From: Eledone cirrhosa
Taxonomy: Eukaryota
NCBI GenBank assembly: GCA_964016885.1
Contig: OZ024743.1
Coordinates: 298,592,001 to 298,656,000 of the forward strand
Length of the DNA: 64,000 bases
Reading direction: 5' to 3'
The notes under the pieces are model-generated. The model had not been told where the DNA came from. It made no database searches and saw only the letters and a list, made by a program, of their open reading frames with translations. The stretch's first letter is position 1; each line of letters opens with the position of its first letter. The translations under genes and the position numbers were made by a program. Below, one piece after another: positions 40,385 to 54,896 of this stretch.

Positions 40385-43300
40385 TGAATAATCGATACAT
40401 GGCAAGATATATATAGAGAAATAGCGTATAATCAAAACAATAACATCAATAATAACATATATGATAAATAGGTAAAGAAGTTACAGATGTAAAAAGTAAA
40501 AGATAAGAAAAGAGATACAGTAAAAAAGTAAGAAAATGGAAAAATAATAAAAATATAAAGAAGTAAGGATAAGTGAAAGCATATAAGTACAGAATATGAT
40601 AGTGGTGGTGGTGAGTAAGTGTCCGGTAAGGATGTTGTGGTGGATTTAGTGCTAACATGAAAAGTCATATTCGAAACATACATAGATACGTGTAGAGAGT
40701 CTGAGGTAGTGAGAGATAAAAGAAAAAGCAATAAATTAGAGTTTAATTGGGATTTACTAGTATGAGATCCAAGGGCTAAGTGTGGATGGTGAAGGGAGGT
40801 TTGACAAATGTGTGTAGTAAATTCTTTGCTGATTGTCTTGTCTTAATGGGGTTGATGTGGTTTCAGGGAGAGAGGGTGAAAGAGATGTCAAAAGATTTAT
40901 GATCTAGTGACCAGTCGGCTGTTTGACGGCTAATAGCGGTGTGATGGTATGTATTCCCTACGTTAAAATCCAGGTGGTTCAATTCTAATTTTGGGATTGC
41001 TGGTTCGAATAACGGTGGTTTGAAATTTGTGAACTTGGTAGCTATTTTATGCCTACAGAAAATTGATCTTTCTATTTTGCTGTTAAGCAGCATCTTATCA
41101 TACCTTAAAATATGGAATAGCTCCATATTAAGTCTGCAGTGGAACATTCCATTGTTGTAGGCCCTTGCTCCCGATAATTTTGACCAACTAATCCTATATT
41201 CCTGATTTGTATTTTTAAGCTGCCAGATTTTATTGGCGGGCGTTGTTGAGTTCTCCAGGCTACCGTTCTTCATGAAGTGTCTGTGAACGTACCACCTTTT
41301 CTTGAACTCCCCAGCCGTGGAACCTATGTAGTGCCAAGTAAAGCTGCCTGAATTTACAGTACACAGGTAGACCATACTCGTATCCAGGCATCTATTTTGT
41401 AGTGGGCACTTATCCGGTAGGTGGCAGTTACAGTTGGAGGCTTTTCTGTGTGCAGGTTCTCCGTTGCGGTTTTGTATGTTGTTGTGGGTGGGTTGAGATT
41501 TAGGCCTATTAGTGTCTTGTTGTGATGCGCCCTGATGTGTGTGTGGTTGCGATGTTGTTATGTGTTTGCGTTTTGTATTTGGTGCTATGGTGTATGTTGG
41601 TAGGTTATTTTCTTTAGAGATATTTTTGTGGTTGATTTTATGTATGTGTGATTCTATGTTGGCTGCAGTAGAGTAAGATAGTTTGATAGTTTTCTATTAA
41701 AGATTCAATGGTATTTGTGTAGTTTAGGGAAGTGTTTAGCTTAAAGAATGTAGTTTGGTTTTTATAGAGGAGTTGAAAATTGGATTGAACCAAAAGTATT
41801 TCCTATCTCTGGATCTTCTATAGTTCTTAGGGATCCTTATATTAGTGTTCAGTTCAGTTATTTTTGGTGCTCGTTGTCTAATTCTATGTTTAGTCCTATG
41901 TTTGTTATTTCTATAGGTGTGGGTAGTTTAGTTGTCGTTAGATTTGTTGCTGCTGTCTCTATCTGGTATGTATTCGAGCCCCTCTTTATGTCCTGCCTTA
42001 TGTAAAGCTATGCTATAATAGTTTGCGTGTTCGTTAAAAATCTCTAGGTTAGAAGATAGGCGGGATATTCTGAGGGATATACTATGTGCTATGGAGTTAA
42101 TTATGGATCGGGTGGTTTGAGTTGTAACTAATGTAGGCTAGATTCTCGTTATTTTTATGGAAGGCTCTATTAATCCTGTTTAGGTTGAGTGTTACATATA
42201 AGGAGCTTGCTTTTTTAGAGTTGAGTTCGAAAGTGATACCTAGGCCTAGTTTGTTGAAGATGACTGATGTTTTTCCGTAATTTTCCATGATTATTTAAGT
42301 TTTTGTCTAAAAGGAGTGTGTCATCTCTATAAATTCCTCCCTGGAGGTTATTGAATTCCTTATGTAAGTTGTGCGCTCTATATATTCCCACTAAGTCCGT
42401 TACCTCTGCTGAGTCGCTAGATCCCATTGTGGTATCGAAGCTATTCTGTCTGTTGTTTTCGTTCCCAGTAACCTTTTCGAATCTAATTATAGTTCTCCTA
42501 GCAGCTAGTATTATTTTAATTTCGTCCGAGGTAAGGTCCGAATTTTTCTGGGCAAAGGTTAGTGCTTTATATAGGGTGACTGGGGATATGGATGAATAGT
42601 AGTCACTGATGTTGAACTGCACGAAGTTAGGTGATTCCCTACTGCCTATTTTGCTAAACCAGTCATAGCTTAATTATTAGTTTGTCCTTGATTTGTGCGA
42701 TTACTCTATCTAGTATATACTTGCTAATTCTACCTATATCCTACTTCGATGGGCATATTAATCTAATTGCGGGGTCTGTTTCGAAATTGTCTTTGTGATC
42801 CTTTAGGTTAAATGTGGGGTTACAAGAGGTTAGAGGCTCTGTTCTATCAGATATTTTCAGTTTTTTTTTACTATGCTAAATCCTTCCTTATTAATGTTAG
42901 TGAGTGCAGATTCTGTTGTTTTCTTGTATCTTTTGTTCAATTCACGGCGCATAAAGTTGTTGTATGTATCAAGGCTCATGGTTGTATGTATTAAGGCTCA
43001 TCGTTTGATGTTTTGTCGGCTTTTACTATAATACCGTTGGTGCTGCGTAGTTCTTTTAGTAGTGTCGTTTAGCAGTGTGTTGTGATGTGTCGGTTTTTTT
43101 AATTTGGTTCCACTTATCATGTTCATGACGTCGAGTTCAAAGGCATCGAGCTGGGGGTTATTAGGTGGATTTTTGCAGGACTTGAATCCGTAATTTTCCC
43201 TAGTAAATTACTCCGTGTTATTAGCGTGCCCTTTATCAAAATGATAGGCCTTCCATCGGATTCGACAGATGAAGTCATTAGTACGCTGTATCATGTCGAG

Positions 43301-43624
43301 TCCTTGTTTGTAGGTATAGGTATGTTTTTCAAGGACATGCCTATGTGGTGCTTTTTCATGTTAGTGCCGTGCGTTAAGGTGCTCAACCTAGTGGGAGCTG
43401 GGTATATGGGATAACAAATTATCGTTATAGATAATACAGTTAGAGGTTGTGAGCACTCTGCGTCGTGGATAGTTTTAACGTACGGCTTTGTTTGACTCAC
43501 AAAATGTTTCCATAGTTAGGCAGCAAGTTCGCGAGAATTTCTATGTAGGTTATACTTGGAGTAATAATAGTGAAAGAATGAAGAGTAACATGGTTGGCTG
43601 TACAACAAAGAGCTTTATTTCAGG

Positions 43625-43733
43625 TATTAACAATTGTTTCATTGATCAGCTGAGTCTAGAGGCCGCTAATCGCTCGAAGTTGCGTCACTCGATCTCCATT
43701 ACATTATCTACCTCTGACAAAATCTTCAGAATA
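43625..43733 (-). ncRNA. Type I hammerhead in second pLTR
   Basis: Direct-repeat copy of 40276-40384. Confidence 0.72.
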
Positions 43734-43774
43734 TGAATAATCCATACATGGCAAGATATATATAGAGAAATAGT

Positions 43775-46700
43775 ATGGTGGAATATTAAATGTTAAATGT
43801 TAATTAAACAAGTACTTTCATGCTTTCGCAATCTTCAGGTTCATATTCAGTGGTGACAATCAAGTTGGCAACTTTCAACTGTAATGAGATGGCTAAAAAC
43901 TGTACCTTATATACAGTAAAAAGGGGCTACAGAATGCTAAGTTTTGCAAACTGTATTTCGACCAATCAGTGTGTGGTTTCACTAGATTACTAAAGCTGAT
44001 TGGTTTAGGCGTCACGGTTAGTTGAGCATGTCTAACGACTTCTATTTAACTCTATCCAAAGCATCAATTGTTTTGTTATTTTTAGAAATGATGAATATAG
44101 CATTTTCTAGCAACATCAACATCACTTTTATTCTTACTATTGTTGTTGTTGTTGTTAGTGGTGGTAGGCGACATGGTCGTAGGCGTAGTCATAGTAGAAG
44201 TTAGAATTTATGAATACAATTCTTTTCTTTAAATTTTCTCTCGATTTCATTTGGGCTGTGTAGTTTGTAAAATGGAAATATTATAAATATTTTCTGACCA
44301 CATGTTGCTAGATTGCTAGATTATTCAGGGGTATCTGACGGACATTTGGGTCTCTGATTTGCTGTCGGTGCACCCGTGTACGTTCCAATTGTGCATTTGC
44401 AGTTTGACTGACATATAGTTCTTCACAATTTGGGCATTTAATGCAGTAAATTAGATTTCTACTTTTACAGTTCATATTTGCATTTGGTAATATTTTTCCA
44501 GTTTTTGTGTTCATATATTGACCAGTATGTATGAACTGACATGTGCCACATCGACTATCATTGCATCTAGATAGAGTGAATGATTGGTCTTTGTTGTTAA
44601 GGTCAAACTTTGCCTTTTTTAGTAATTGCTTCACATTTTTCGGCTGTATTTTACTAAGAGTCAAAGCTCGGTCTGTGATTAAACCTTTTAATTCATTACT
44701 TTGAGCAATGATCGGTATGTTTGCTTTGGCAGTGTTGAAGATATTCTGGTGACGTGGGTTGTGTGTCATTATAAATGGTATGACCATTTCTTGGTTTCTT
44801 CTTCCTTCGGTTGTCCTAAGTTGTTGTATATGTATTTTTATAGCCCGCTGATGCCATTTTCTATAAGTAGAGATGGATATTTTTGTTTGAAAAAAAATTC
44901 TCTCAGTTCTGTTAGGCGTTTGTTCCTGGTGTTCGTATCTTCTACAATAGTACAAATTCTTCTGGCTAGGCAGTATAGAATGTTGCGTTTAGTATGAGGT
45001 GGATGGCACGACTTAAAATTCAGATATTGATGGGTGTCTGTGTGTTTATAGTATATATCCGTGGTAATGGTGGTGTCGTTTTTGATTACCATTATATCTA
45101 GGAATGGTAATTTGGTACTACTCATCTCTTTTGTAAATTGGAGAGATGGGTGTAGGTTATTCAGGAGGATATTGAACTCATCCAGAGTATCTAGAAATTC
45201 TGTCCAGATGATGAAACAGTCGTCAAGGTATCTCTTCCAAGACTTTTCAATGTACTTTCTAAATTCAGTGCTATATTTTCCGTCTATTTCTTGGTAGAGT
45301 TGTTGTTCTAAGTATCCCATTACAGAGTTCGCGTAAACGGGAGCAAACTTCGTTCCCATCACTGTGCCTCTAATTTGGATGTAATTCTTTCCATTGAAGA
45401 AGAATGTGTTGTTTTCCAGAATAAGTTTGACTGCGTCTAATATAAATGGCGCTGTGAAACTAATGGGAATCACTTCTCTATGTTTTTCCACCCAGTATTT
45501 AACCGCCTTTATTCCTAAATCACGCGTAATGTTGTTGTAAAGGTTTACTACATCAAAACTATGTAGAAGTGAATTCGTTTCCGTGGTTTTGGGAAGATGG
45601 GACAGGAAGTCGATATCATCCCGGATGAATCTGGGTATGTGAATACATAGTAGTTTCAAAATAATGTCAACAAAATTGCTTAGACGGTGGGTAGGGCATG
45701 TTGGACCAACTATAATAGGTCTAAGTTTTAAGTCTTTTGGGTGTAGTAATTTAATGTACTCACCTTTTCGTTCTTTTACTGCCAGTTGGATTTCTTTTGA
45801 CTTATGCAATCAGGGAAAATGACCTATGTTTGCTTTCAGGTTTAGATCGTTGTTTTGCCCAGTTCTTGTGGGTAATCTCTGTTGAGATCTTGAAAGTGAT
45901 CTGGTTATTCTACGGTTTTTCCCCCGTTCCTTGTGGGTAGTCTCTGTTGAGATCTTGAGAATAATCTCCTGGTTTTTCTACTTCTCATGGTCTGGTCAAA
46001 GGAATATCTATCGTGTTTGTGCTTTTTGTTCATGTTGTGTACGTTAGGGTGTTTTTGTAGAAAAAGCGAAGAGTTCTTACCGTAGTTCTTCTTTGATTCA
46101 AGGTGAGATGAGTGTTTGTGTTGCCACGTGTTCTGGCGTATGTTGTGTTGGCGAGATTGTCCACTTTTAATGCTTTTTCTCAGTGTTCCAGAGTCTTTAC
46201 CGTAATTTACAGCATATTCGTCGAGAAATAATTGTTTCTGCTGCCATAACTTTCTTGATTTGCTTTCTTCTTTTGAGATGTCTCTGATCCACAGTTCTCG
46301 TAGTTTTTCAGCTATATTACCAGTCGTTAGCTTTGAAATTTCGACTTCAATTTGGTCATCGATAGCTTCGTATTTGGCTTTGTAGCGGGATTGTTTACAT
46401 TGAGTAATGGAGATGTTGGTCCTGAATTTTGTCAATGTACGTTCCCATCGGAGTTTTGTTTCTGGTTCTCCTGCAATTTCTTTAATTAGGTATTTACGAG
46501 GGAGTATGGGTGCTGTTAGAGAAAGCCATTTCGAATATGTTTCGACATATTTTTCGCATTTGTATGCTTTCCAGAAGTTTTGTTTTCTTATGTTAAGAAA
46601 TTTTTCCATATCTTCAACATTTCTTTTCTTATTCAATGTGTTTCATTTTCCAAATTTCTTTCCTTTAGTTCTGACATCCAAGGGGGTTGTGGTAGGTTTC

Positions 46701-47040
46701 TCTTGTATCTTTGATAACTGTTGGTATAATTTCTGCTAAATTCTTAATTTCAGAGTTTATATGTTCAGTTATAAGTTATCCGTCTGTAGATTGTTTTTCT
46801 ATTGCCTTTAAAATAGAGGATTGTGTGTCAATCATCGTGATAAATGTTGATAATTTCAATGATATCTCCTTTAGAATTCTTTCTGATTCTGTTGATTTCA
46901 TTTGTTTTTTTCCAGACATGTTGGCATATACACAATAGGAATATATATATATATATATATAAATAAATATACACTGGTGTGTATGATTGTGTATCGAAGA
47001 TTATATTAATAAAAGGAATTCCAACTTTGTCTGATTTACT
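43775..47040 (-). mobile_element. Decayed Penelope-like element (Neptune-like)
   Basis: RT 44838-45809 (LRPII, SFDVVNLY, GTVMGTKFAP, RYLDD, HPPHTK); Cys-rich linker CNDSRCGTC then GIY-YIG NLIYCIKC (44308-44955); N-terminal ORF pieces up to 46920. Confidence 0.9.
43807..43841 (-). ncRNA. Minimal type I hammerhead ribozyme at PLE 3' end
   Basis: Minus strand: AAC CTGAAGA T TGC GAAA GCA T GAAA GTAC TT GTT; palindromic AAGTACTT. Confidence 0.85.
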
Positions 47041-47043
47041 CGT

Positions 47044-47081
<38 letters not shown>

Positions 47082-47363
47082 AAATGAGGTTACAAAAGGG
47101 AATGTGCCATTGCGCCGGAAAGCCGGCAGGCCAAAGTGCAAAATCTCACCGTCGCATGTTGCTGGTTCGAAGTTCCTGGTGCGAGAGAGAGATTCTTCAA
47201 ATCTTCGCGGGGAATTTCTCCCCCAGGGCGCGCAGGGATACGTCCTCTTCTACTGGCGTTGATTGGCTGAGCTGAGCCAAATCACGCACAGATATATATA
47301 TATATGTATATATATATACTCCATGGTGCTAAATATATATATAAGTATAAATATATATATATG

Positions 47364-47430
<67 letters not shown>

Positions 47431-47542
47431 CGTTTCTGAATTTGTTTAGCAAGATTCTTTATCTGCCTCTCCTTTGTTCTGTCCTACGCCATTTTCATGG
47501 ACAGAACAAAGGAGAGGCGCAGAAACAAAGAAAGGAATCCCC

Positions 47543-47587
47543 AGTCACTGAAGAGGTCACAGAATGTGTGACGAAAGAACTATGACT
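47543..47587 (+). ncRNA. Type I hammerhead ribozyme (unit 1)
   Basis: AGTCA CTGAAGA G GTCAC AGAATGT GTGAC GAAA GAA CTA TGACT. Confidence 0.8.
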
Positions 47588-47737
47588 ATATATAAACAAC
47601 TATCTGGTTGTGGAACCAACCAACCAACCAGAAATTTATAAATTTGTAAATTTATAAATTTATAAATATATAATAAATTGAAGTGAAAGCAACTGGTGCG
47701 TGTGTTTCTTATTGGCAACATGACCCTCCCAAAGTAT

Positions 47738-47851
<114 letters not shown>

Positions 47852-48323
47852 TTATACATATATATATATTTATACATATATATATATATTTAGCAGCATG
47901 GAGTATAAATGTTATTGAGACACGAGTAACATAATAATGATGTCAACAGCAGAAATTAGAGATGAAATGTATGTTTATTTTTGTTGTAGCACAAATAATG
48001 TTTGTTAACTTGTATGGTTGAAGTTACACATAAAATGAGGTTACAAAAGGGAATGTGCCATTGTGCCGGAAAGCCGGCAGGCCAAAGTGCAAAATCTCAC
48101 CGTCACATGTTGTACGTGTTGCTGGTTCGAAGTTCCTGGTGCGAGAGAGAGATTCTTCAAATCTTCGCGGGGAATTTCTCCCCCAGGGCGCGTAGGGATA
48201 CGTCCTCTTCTACTGGCGTTGATTGGCTGAGCTGAGCCAAATCACGCACAGATATATATATATATGTATATATATATACTCCATGGTGCTAAATATATAT
48301 ATAAGTATAAATATATATATATG

Positions 48324-48410
<87 letters not shown>

Positions 48411-48528
48411 CGTTTCTGAATTTGTTTAGCAAGATTCTTTATCTGCCTCTCCTTTGTTCTGTCCTACGCCATTTTCATGGCGTAGGACAGAACAAAGGAG
48501 AGGCACAGAAACAAAGAAAGGAATCCCC

Positions 48529-48573
48529 AGTCACTGAAGAGGTCACAGAATGTGTGACGAAAGAACTATGATT
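48529..48573 (+). ncRNA. Type I hammerhead ribozyme (unit 2)
   Basis: Same motif; stem I 3' strand TGATT (G-U pair). Confidence 0.78.
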
Positions 48574-48731
48574 ATATATAAACAACTATCTGGTTGTGGA
48601 ACCAACCAACCAACCAACCAACCAGAAATTTATAAATTTGTAAATTTATAAATTTATAAATATATAATAAATTGAAGTGAAAGCAACTGGTGCGTGTGTT
48701 TCTTATTGGCAACATGACCCTCCCAAAGTAT

Positions 48732-48815
<84 letters not shown>

Positions 48816-49287
48816 TTATACATATATATATATTTATACATATATATATATATTTAGCAGCATGGAGTATAAATGTTATTGAGACACGAGTAACATAATA
48901 ATGATGTCAACAGCAGAAATTAGAGATGAAATGTATGTTTATTTTTGTTGTAGCACAAATAATGTTTGTTAACTTGTATGGTTGAAGTTACACATAAAAT
49001 GAGGTTACAAAAGGGAATGTGCCATTGTGCCGGAAAGCCGGCAGGCCAAAGTGCAAAATCTCACCGTCACATGTTGTACGTGTTGCTGGTTCGAAGTTCC
49101 TGGTGCGAGAGAGAGATTCTTCAAATCTTCGCGGGGAATTTCTTCCCCAGGGCGCGTAGGGATACGTCCTCTTCTACTGGCGTTGATTGGCTGAGCTGAG
49201 CCAAATCACGCACAGATATATATATATATGTATATATATATACTCCATGGTGCTAAATATATATATAAGTATAAATATATATATATG

Positions 49288-49338
<51 letters not shown>

Positions 49339-49456
49339 CGTTTCTGAATTTGTTTAGCAAGATTCTTTATCTGCCTCTCCTTTGTTCTGTCCTACGCCAT
49401 TTTCATGGCGTAGGACAGAACAAAGGAGAGGCACAGAAACAAAGAAAGGAATCCCC

Positions 49457-49501
49457 AGTCACTGAAGAGGTCACAGAATGTGTGATGAAAGAACTATGAT
49501 T
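49457..49501 (+). ncRNA. Type I hammerhead ribozyme (unit 3)
   Basis: Same motif; stem II GTGAT (G-U pair). Confidence 0.75.
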
Positions 49502-49659
49502 ATATATAAACAACTATCTGGTTGTGGAACCAACCAACCAACCAACCAACCAGAAATTTATAAATTTGTAAATTTATAAATTTATAAATATATAATAAAT
49601 TGAAGTGAAAGCAACTGGTGCGTGTGTTTCTTATTGGCAACATGACCCTCCCAAAGTAT

Positions 49660-49771
<112 letters not shown>

Positions 49772-49810
49772 TTATACATATATATATATTTATACATATA
49801 TATATATATA

Positions 49811-51929
49811 TTTAGCAGCATGGAGTATAAATGTTATTGAGACACGAGTAACATAATAATGATGTCAACAGCAGAAATTAGAGATGAAATGTATGTTTAT
49901 TTTTGTTGTAGCACAAATAATGTTTGTTAACTTGTATGGTTGAAGTTACACATAAAATGAGGTTACAAAAGGGAATGTGCCATTGTGCCGGGAAGCCGGC
50001 AGGCCAAAGTGCAAAATCTCACCGTCACATGTTGTACGTGTTGCTGGTTCGAAGTTCCTGGTGCGAGAGAGAGATTCTTCAAATCTTCGCGGGGAATTTC
50101 TCCCTCAGGGCGCGTAGGGATACATCCTCTTCTACTGGCGTTGATTGGCTGAGCTGAGCCAAATCACGCACAGAGAATGTATGTGAGCCCGCGGAATGTA
50201 GGTCACTACAATACTCCCCTTCTAGACGGAAGACGATACAGATTATTGAATCAGCAAGAACAAATCCTGAAAGAGCACATCAGTGAAAACATAATTGAGC
50301 AGAAGGATCCATGCAAGAAAAAAAATGAGGCGCTAAGGGCCGTGTTGAGCCGCTGTGTCAAATGACTAGCTGTTTTGTAGTTTATACGTGACCACCAAAG
50401 GTCTAACAGAAAACGGATAAAGTCTGACATGGGCGAAGTTGCTGTTCTTGCATTAAATGTTAATGGTAAGTGTTGTACCAGTAGCTGTGGTTGAAGCCAT
50501 TATGGTAGTTTACCAGTGCTGGCAAGCAGAAGATGGGTAGGCGAGAAAATGTTGGCCTCCCAGATGTATTGCCGAATGTGCTAGGGAGCCAGGAAAAAAT
50601 GGCTGGTTGCTTTGAAAAGAAGAAAAGCAAGTTGAATCTGTAGGTGGGTTGCAGTGTAAATTCCATAATTCGGGCGAATCCACAGAAATTGTGGAAATGC
50701 TGACAAGTCCAGTTCTATTTGTTGTTTTCCCAGTGAGTCGGGTAAGGTAACAAGATGGAGGTTGTTATGGACGATGAGTGTGCAACGAGATGCGAAACTG
50801 TTTGTGTTCAGCTGCAATTAGCATTCTCGTGTTGTGGTGCATGTCTGAATCCAGGTGAATTAAGCTCTATGAGTCGCTAGCATGTGACGGCACCTCAACC
50901 AGGTGAAAAGGGATCTCGCAGAATATTACGTTTGAAGAACATATACTAAGAACAACATGTTGGTAGGTGACAAAGAAATGTGTGCATATGCAGGCATGTA
51001 AAACAGCAAATAAATGTATGGGTGCAGTCATATATACATGATAAAGAAAATGATGCAGTCATATATACAAGAATAGAAAAAAAATGAATTTCCATATAAT
51101 ACAGTTTAAAAAATATAAATGTCCAAAATAAATGCCTGAAAAATAAAGGAAGAAAGAAAGAATTGTTTCTTTTCTTTTAACAAAAAGTTCGCTTTCCTTT
51201 TCTTTGGGATCGCTCTTACTAGGGAGCTAGTAGAGTTGTTGTTGTTGTTAAAGCAAAGTCACAATGAATCTTCTGTAGAGTCGAAGTCGAGCGTTGAAGA
51301 ACCTAGAGTCATCAATATGGCAGCCACGTCTGACGCCATAATGGTGAGAAGACTAATGTCTTAATTTCTCGAGTCCTTGTGGTAACGAGACAGAAGGTAT
51401 GGTGTTGGTTAATAGTTAGCCATGTGTTGCTGCTGATGGCTGGTACTTGGTGATAGCCGTTTAGAAATTTCCTCGTGGCGTAAATTTGTTTATACATACA
51501 CTGCCAATTTTAATTTTATTTCAAAAGGAATATTTTGAACTGAAAATATTCATCACGTCGGGGTCACCACTTTTAGCAGCATGGAGTATACATGTTATTG
51601 AGACACGAGTAACATAATAATGATGTCAACAGCAGAAATTAGAGATGAAATGTATGTTTATTTTTGTTGTAGCACAAATAATGTTTGTTAACTTGTATGG
51701 TTGAAGTTACACAAAAAATGAGGTTACAAAAGGGAATGTGCCATTGTGCCGGAAAGCCGGCAGGCCAAAGTGCAAAATCACACCGTCACATGTTGCTGGT
51801 TCGAAGTTCCTGGTGCAAGAGAGAGATTCTTCAAATCTTCGCGGGGAATTTCTCCCTCAGGGCGCGTAGGGATACATCCTCTTCTACTGGCGTTGATTGG
51901 CTGAGCTGAGCCAAATAACGCACAGAGAA
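49811..51929 (-). mobile_element. Non-autonomous/decayed LTR retroelement with tRNA-Trp PBS
   Basis: LTRs at 51573-51929 (truncated by PLE) and 49811-50210 (starts TGTAG); PBS TGGTGACCCCGACGTGAT at 51552-51569; purine tract AGAAGGGGAG just before the 3' LTR. Confidence 0.82.
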
Positions 51930-51940
51930 TAACAGATTAA

Positions 51941-51988
51941 AGTTTAAGCAAAGAATCGCTTTCACCCTTAACGGGATCTTCTGAAACT
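51941..51988 (-). ncRNA. Type I hammerhead-like motif with CAGAAGA core variant
   Basis: Minus strand: AGTTT CAGAAGA T CCC GTTAA GGG T GAAA GCGA TTCT TTGC TT AAACT. Confidence 0.65.
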
Positions 51989-54733
51989 AACAAAGTCAAT
52001 CTGTAAACGCAGAAGTGGATATTTAAAAAAACGTTGCAACCGGAGGAAGACAGGAAGACGATACTTTGGTTCGTGGAAACGTTCGCTATGCAATAAGTAA
52101 TGGTATAAACAAAACATATACTTAGCTCCCACATCAAGACGTAAAATATCCACGTATAGATCGTACTATCCGTTAGGGTATAACGTGGGGCTGTAATACA
52201 GGAAAGTTTTGTGCAATTTATGTTTAAAAGCCAAAATTGCCTCAGGTTTTTTGTTTAAGATGTGGGCTGTGGCGTAGAGTATTTCCAAGGCCTCAGCGGC
52301 ACAGAGGTCACATGGTCTTTTATTTCCGTTATACGATCTAGCTCTAGCTAGGATCTCCCAGTGTAACTTATATTGGGTGTGGTTGTCTTTTAGACTCCAG
52401 ATATAAGCTGAAAGTGACGTCATATTCCTTCTTAGAGGGTAACGAAAAGAATGGGTATGCATGTAAAGACGCTGCTTGAATCTATTGGCGGTTAACCCTA
52501 TGTAGGACCTACGGGACGTGGGTGTTACAACCTTACATTTGTAGACAATGTTACTAGAGAGGCATTTCTCGGATAGGGGGCAATCAACCCGATTCCTACA
52601 ATTACAGTTAGTACTAACTACAGTGTTGCACGTGTTCCTACGGCTAGGTAGTTTAGCTAAATTTGAAGCTGTGATGTTATGTGCAAGGTTAGGAGTCGTA
52701 GAGTAAGACATTTTAATAGTATTTCTATTAAAAAATTTACTATATTTATGTGTAGGGGGAAAATGCTTCGTAATAAGGGAAAGAAGATCTTAGCTAATGG
52801 TGTGGCCACCTCCATATTATATGGTGGGTTATACCAACAAATGCGACGGGATCTATTTCTTCTAGGTCTATTTTCGTACTCTGTATATGCTACCTTATCG
52901 ACAAATCCACTTCGAGCAAGAGCTTCATTGTAATAAGTGGAATGGTCGTTGAAAATACGCTCGTTGGTGGAAAGACGGGAAAGCCTCAACGAAACGTTTC
53001 TTACCAGGTTCTTGGTTATGCTGGCAGGATGGTTGGAATGCTTACTTATGTAATTAAGCGTATCATTCGGCTTTCTATACGTGTAATACAACCCATTTAA
53101 TAAATTGAGGGTAACGTCGAGGTAATTAACGACCGAGAGATTGGCCTCAACCTGTATAGAGAGGTTGAAGCCTTTAAAGAAGGCTGTGAGTTCTTTTCTG
53201 AACCTGTCGCAAGCACGAGGTCCGCACTTAGCCATGGTCAAAAGACCATAGTCACGGTACAAACCACCGCCCGCGTTGGAGAATTCGTCCTTGATAGAGA
53301 AAAGAAGGAAAAGGCCGATAAGATCAGTAACCTCCGCAGAATCACTGGCGCCCATACTCACGTCGAATGGGGTACTATTGGATTTTTTAATCCAAATAGA
53401 GTCGTCGAAATTAATCACCGACTTTCGGGCATTGAGGATGACATCAACTTCGAAATCCTTAACCACTGTGAGTGTTTTAGCGAAATTGATAGCTCTAAGG
53501 AGAAGTGGTAAAGTGATGGAGGAGTAGTAATTGTTGATGTCGAATTGGATAAAACGGCAATGCACTTGTTGCCTATGCCGTTGAACCAATCAATCACCGC
53601 GAAGGAATTATTCCACAGTGCAAGAGGGGCCAAACTTCTAATTTCAGGTATAATTCTATCAAGAATCGTTTTACTAAGTCTACCTAAATCGGACTTCGTA
53701 GGGTTGATAAGCCGAATAGTGGGGTTGTTCGAAAAATCGGATTTGTGATCCTTCAGGGCAAAGTGGGGAGAAATAGGGTCCAGAGGTTCGGTCCGGTCCA
53801 GGATGTTGAGATCAGATGTGATTTTAAACCCAGCATCGTTGATTTCATTGATGACGCACCGATTAGTTTTACGGTAATCCTTAGTTACAGCATTATGTAG
53901 TAGTTGATGGTAAGTACTGCGCTCCACTTGATATAGGTTGCCAGTTTTGTCGGAATGGACGTGCACGGCATTAGAATCCTTAATAGAACGAATTCTATTC
54001 TTCAGGTCTTGCTGGAAGGAATTGCTCCTATTCCGAAATTTGATACTCCGAATGAGTTCCAAGACATCATTTTCGAAGGGTAGCAATGCTGGGTTACACG
54101 GGGGGTTATTATAGGTTTTAAATCCAAATTTATCCTGTTTGTTGTCTGCTTTACACGGATTATCGAAATAAAAGGCACGCCAACGCAACCTTTTAATGAA
54201 CGCGTCTGTTTTCTGTATCAGGAGTTTTAGGTATGTTTTCCTGCTTGGTACGGGTATGTTCTTTGTAGAAATATTCAGATGTTGTTTCTGCATGATGAAT
54301 ATAAGTCAGTAGACTGCTCAACCGAGGGAGCCAAATAGTAATAATAATAAATTTGAAGACTAAAATCCAAAGAGGGCTCGATAAGGATAAATATATATCA
54401 AATATATAAGAACCGTAGAGCAAATATTGGATTTAGAAATACTCTACGCCACAGACCACATCTTAAACAAAATACCTGAGGCAATTTCGGCTTGTAAACA
54501 TAAATTGCACAAAACTTTCCTGTATTACAGCCCCACGTTATACCCTAACGGATAGTACGATCTATACGTGGATATTTTACGTCTTGATGTGGGAGCTAAG
54601 TATATGTTTTGTTTATACCATTACTTATTTGCATAGCGAACGTTTCCACGAACCAAAGTATCGTCTTCCTGTCTTCCTCCGGTTGCAACGTTTTTTTAAA
54701 TATCCACTTCTGCGTTTACAGATTGACTTTGTT

Positions 54734-54784
54734 AGTTTCAGAAGATCCCGTTAAGGGTGAAAGCAGCGATTCTTTGCTTAAACT
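54734..54784 (+). ncRNA. Second copy of CAGAAGA hammerhead-like motif
   Basis: Located in the inverted pLTR; 3-nt insertion in stem III. Confidence 0.6.
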
Positions 54785-54896
54785 TTAATCTGTTATTTTA
54801 ACAAATATTTGCTCTACGGTTCTTATCTTATATATTTGATATATATTTATCCTTATTGAGCCCTCTTTGGATTTTAGTCTTCAAATTTATTATTAT

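Larger units (their letters stand above)
40221..43773 (-). mobile_element. Decayed Penelope-like element (Naiad-like) with direct pLTRs
   Basis: N-terminal KNIPIP; RT QFNISDYYSSI / MGSSDSAEVTDLVG / YRDD (42215-42622); CNC..CPL linker; GIY-YIG VYLC..YIGST (40863-41375); ~205-bp direct repeats at 40221-40424 and 43570-43773. Confidence 0.9.
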
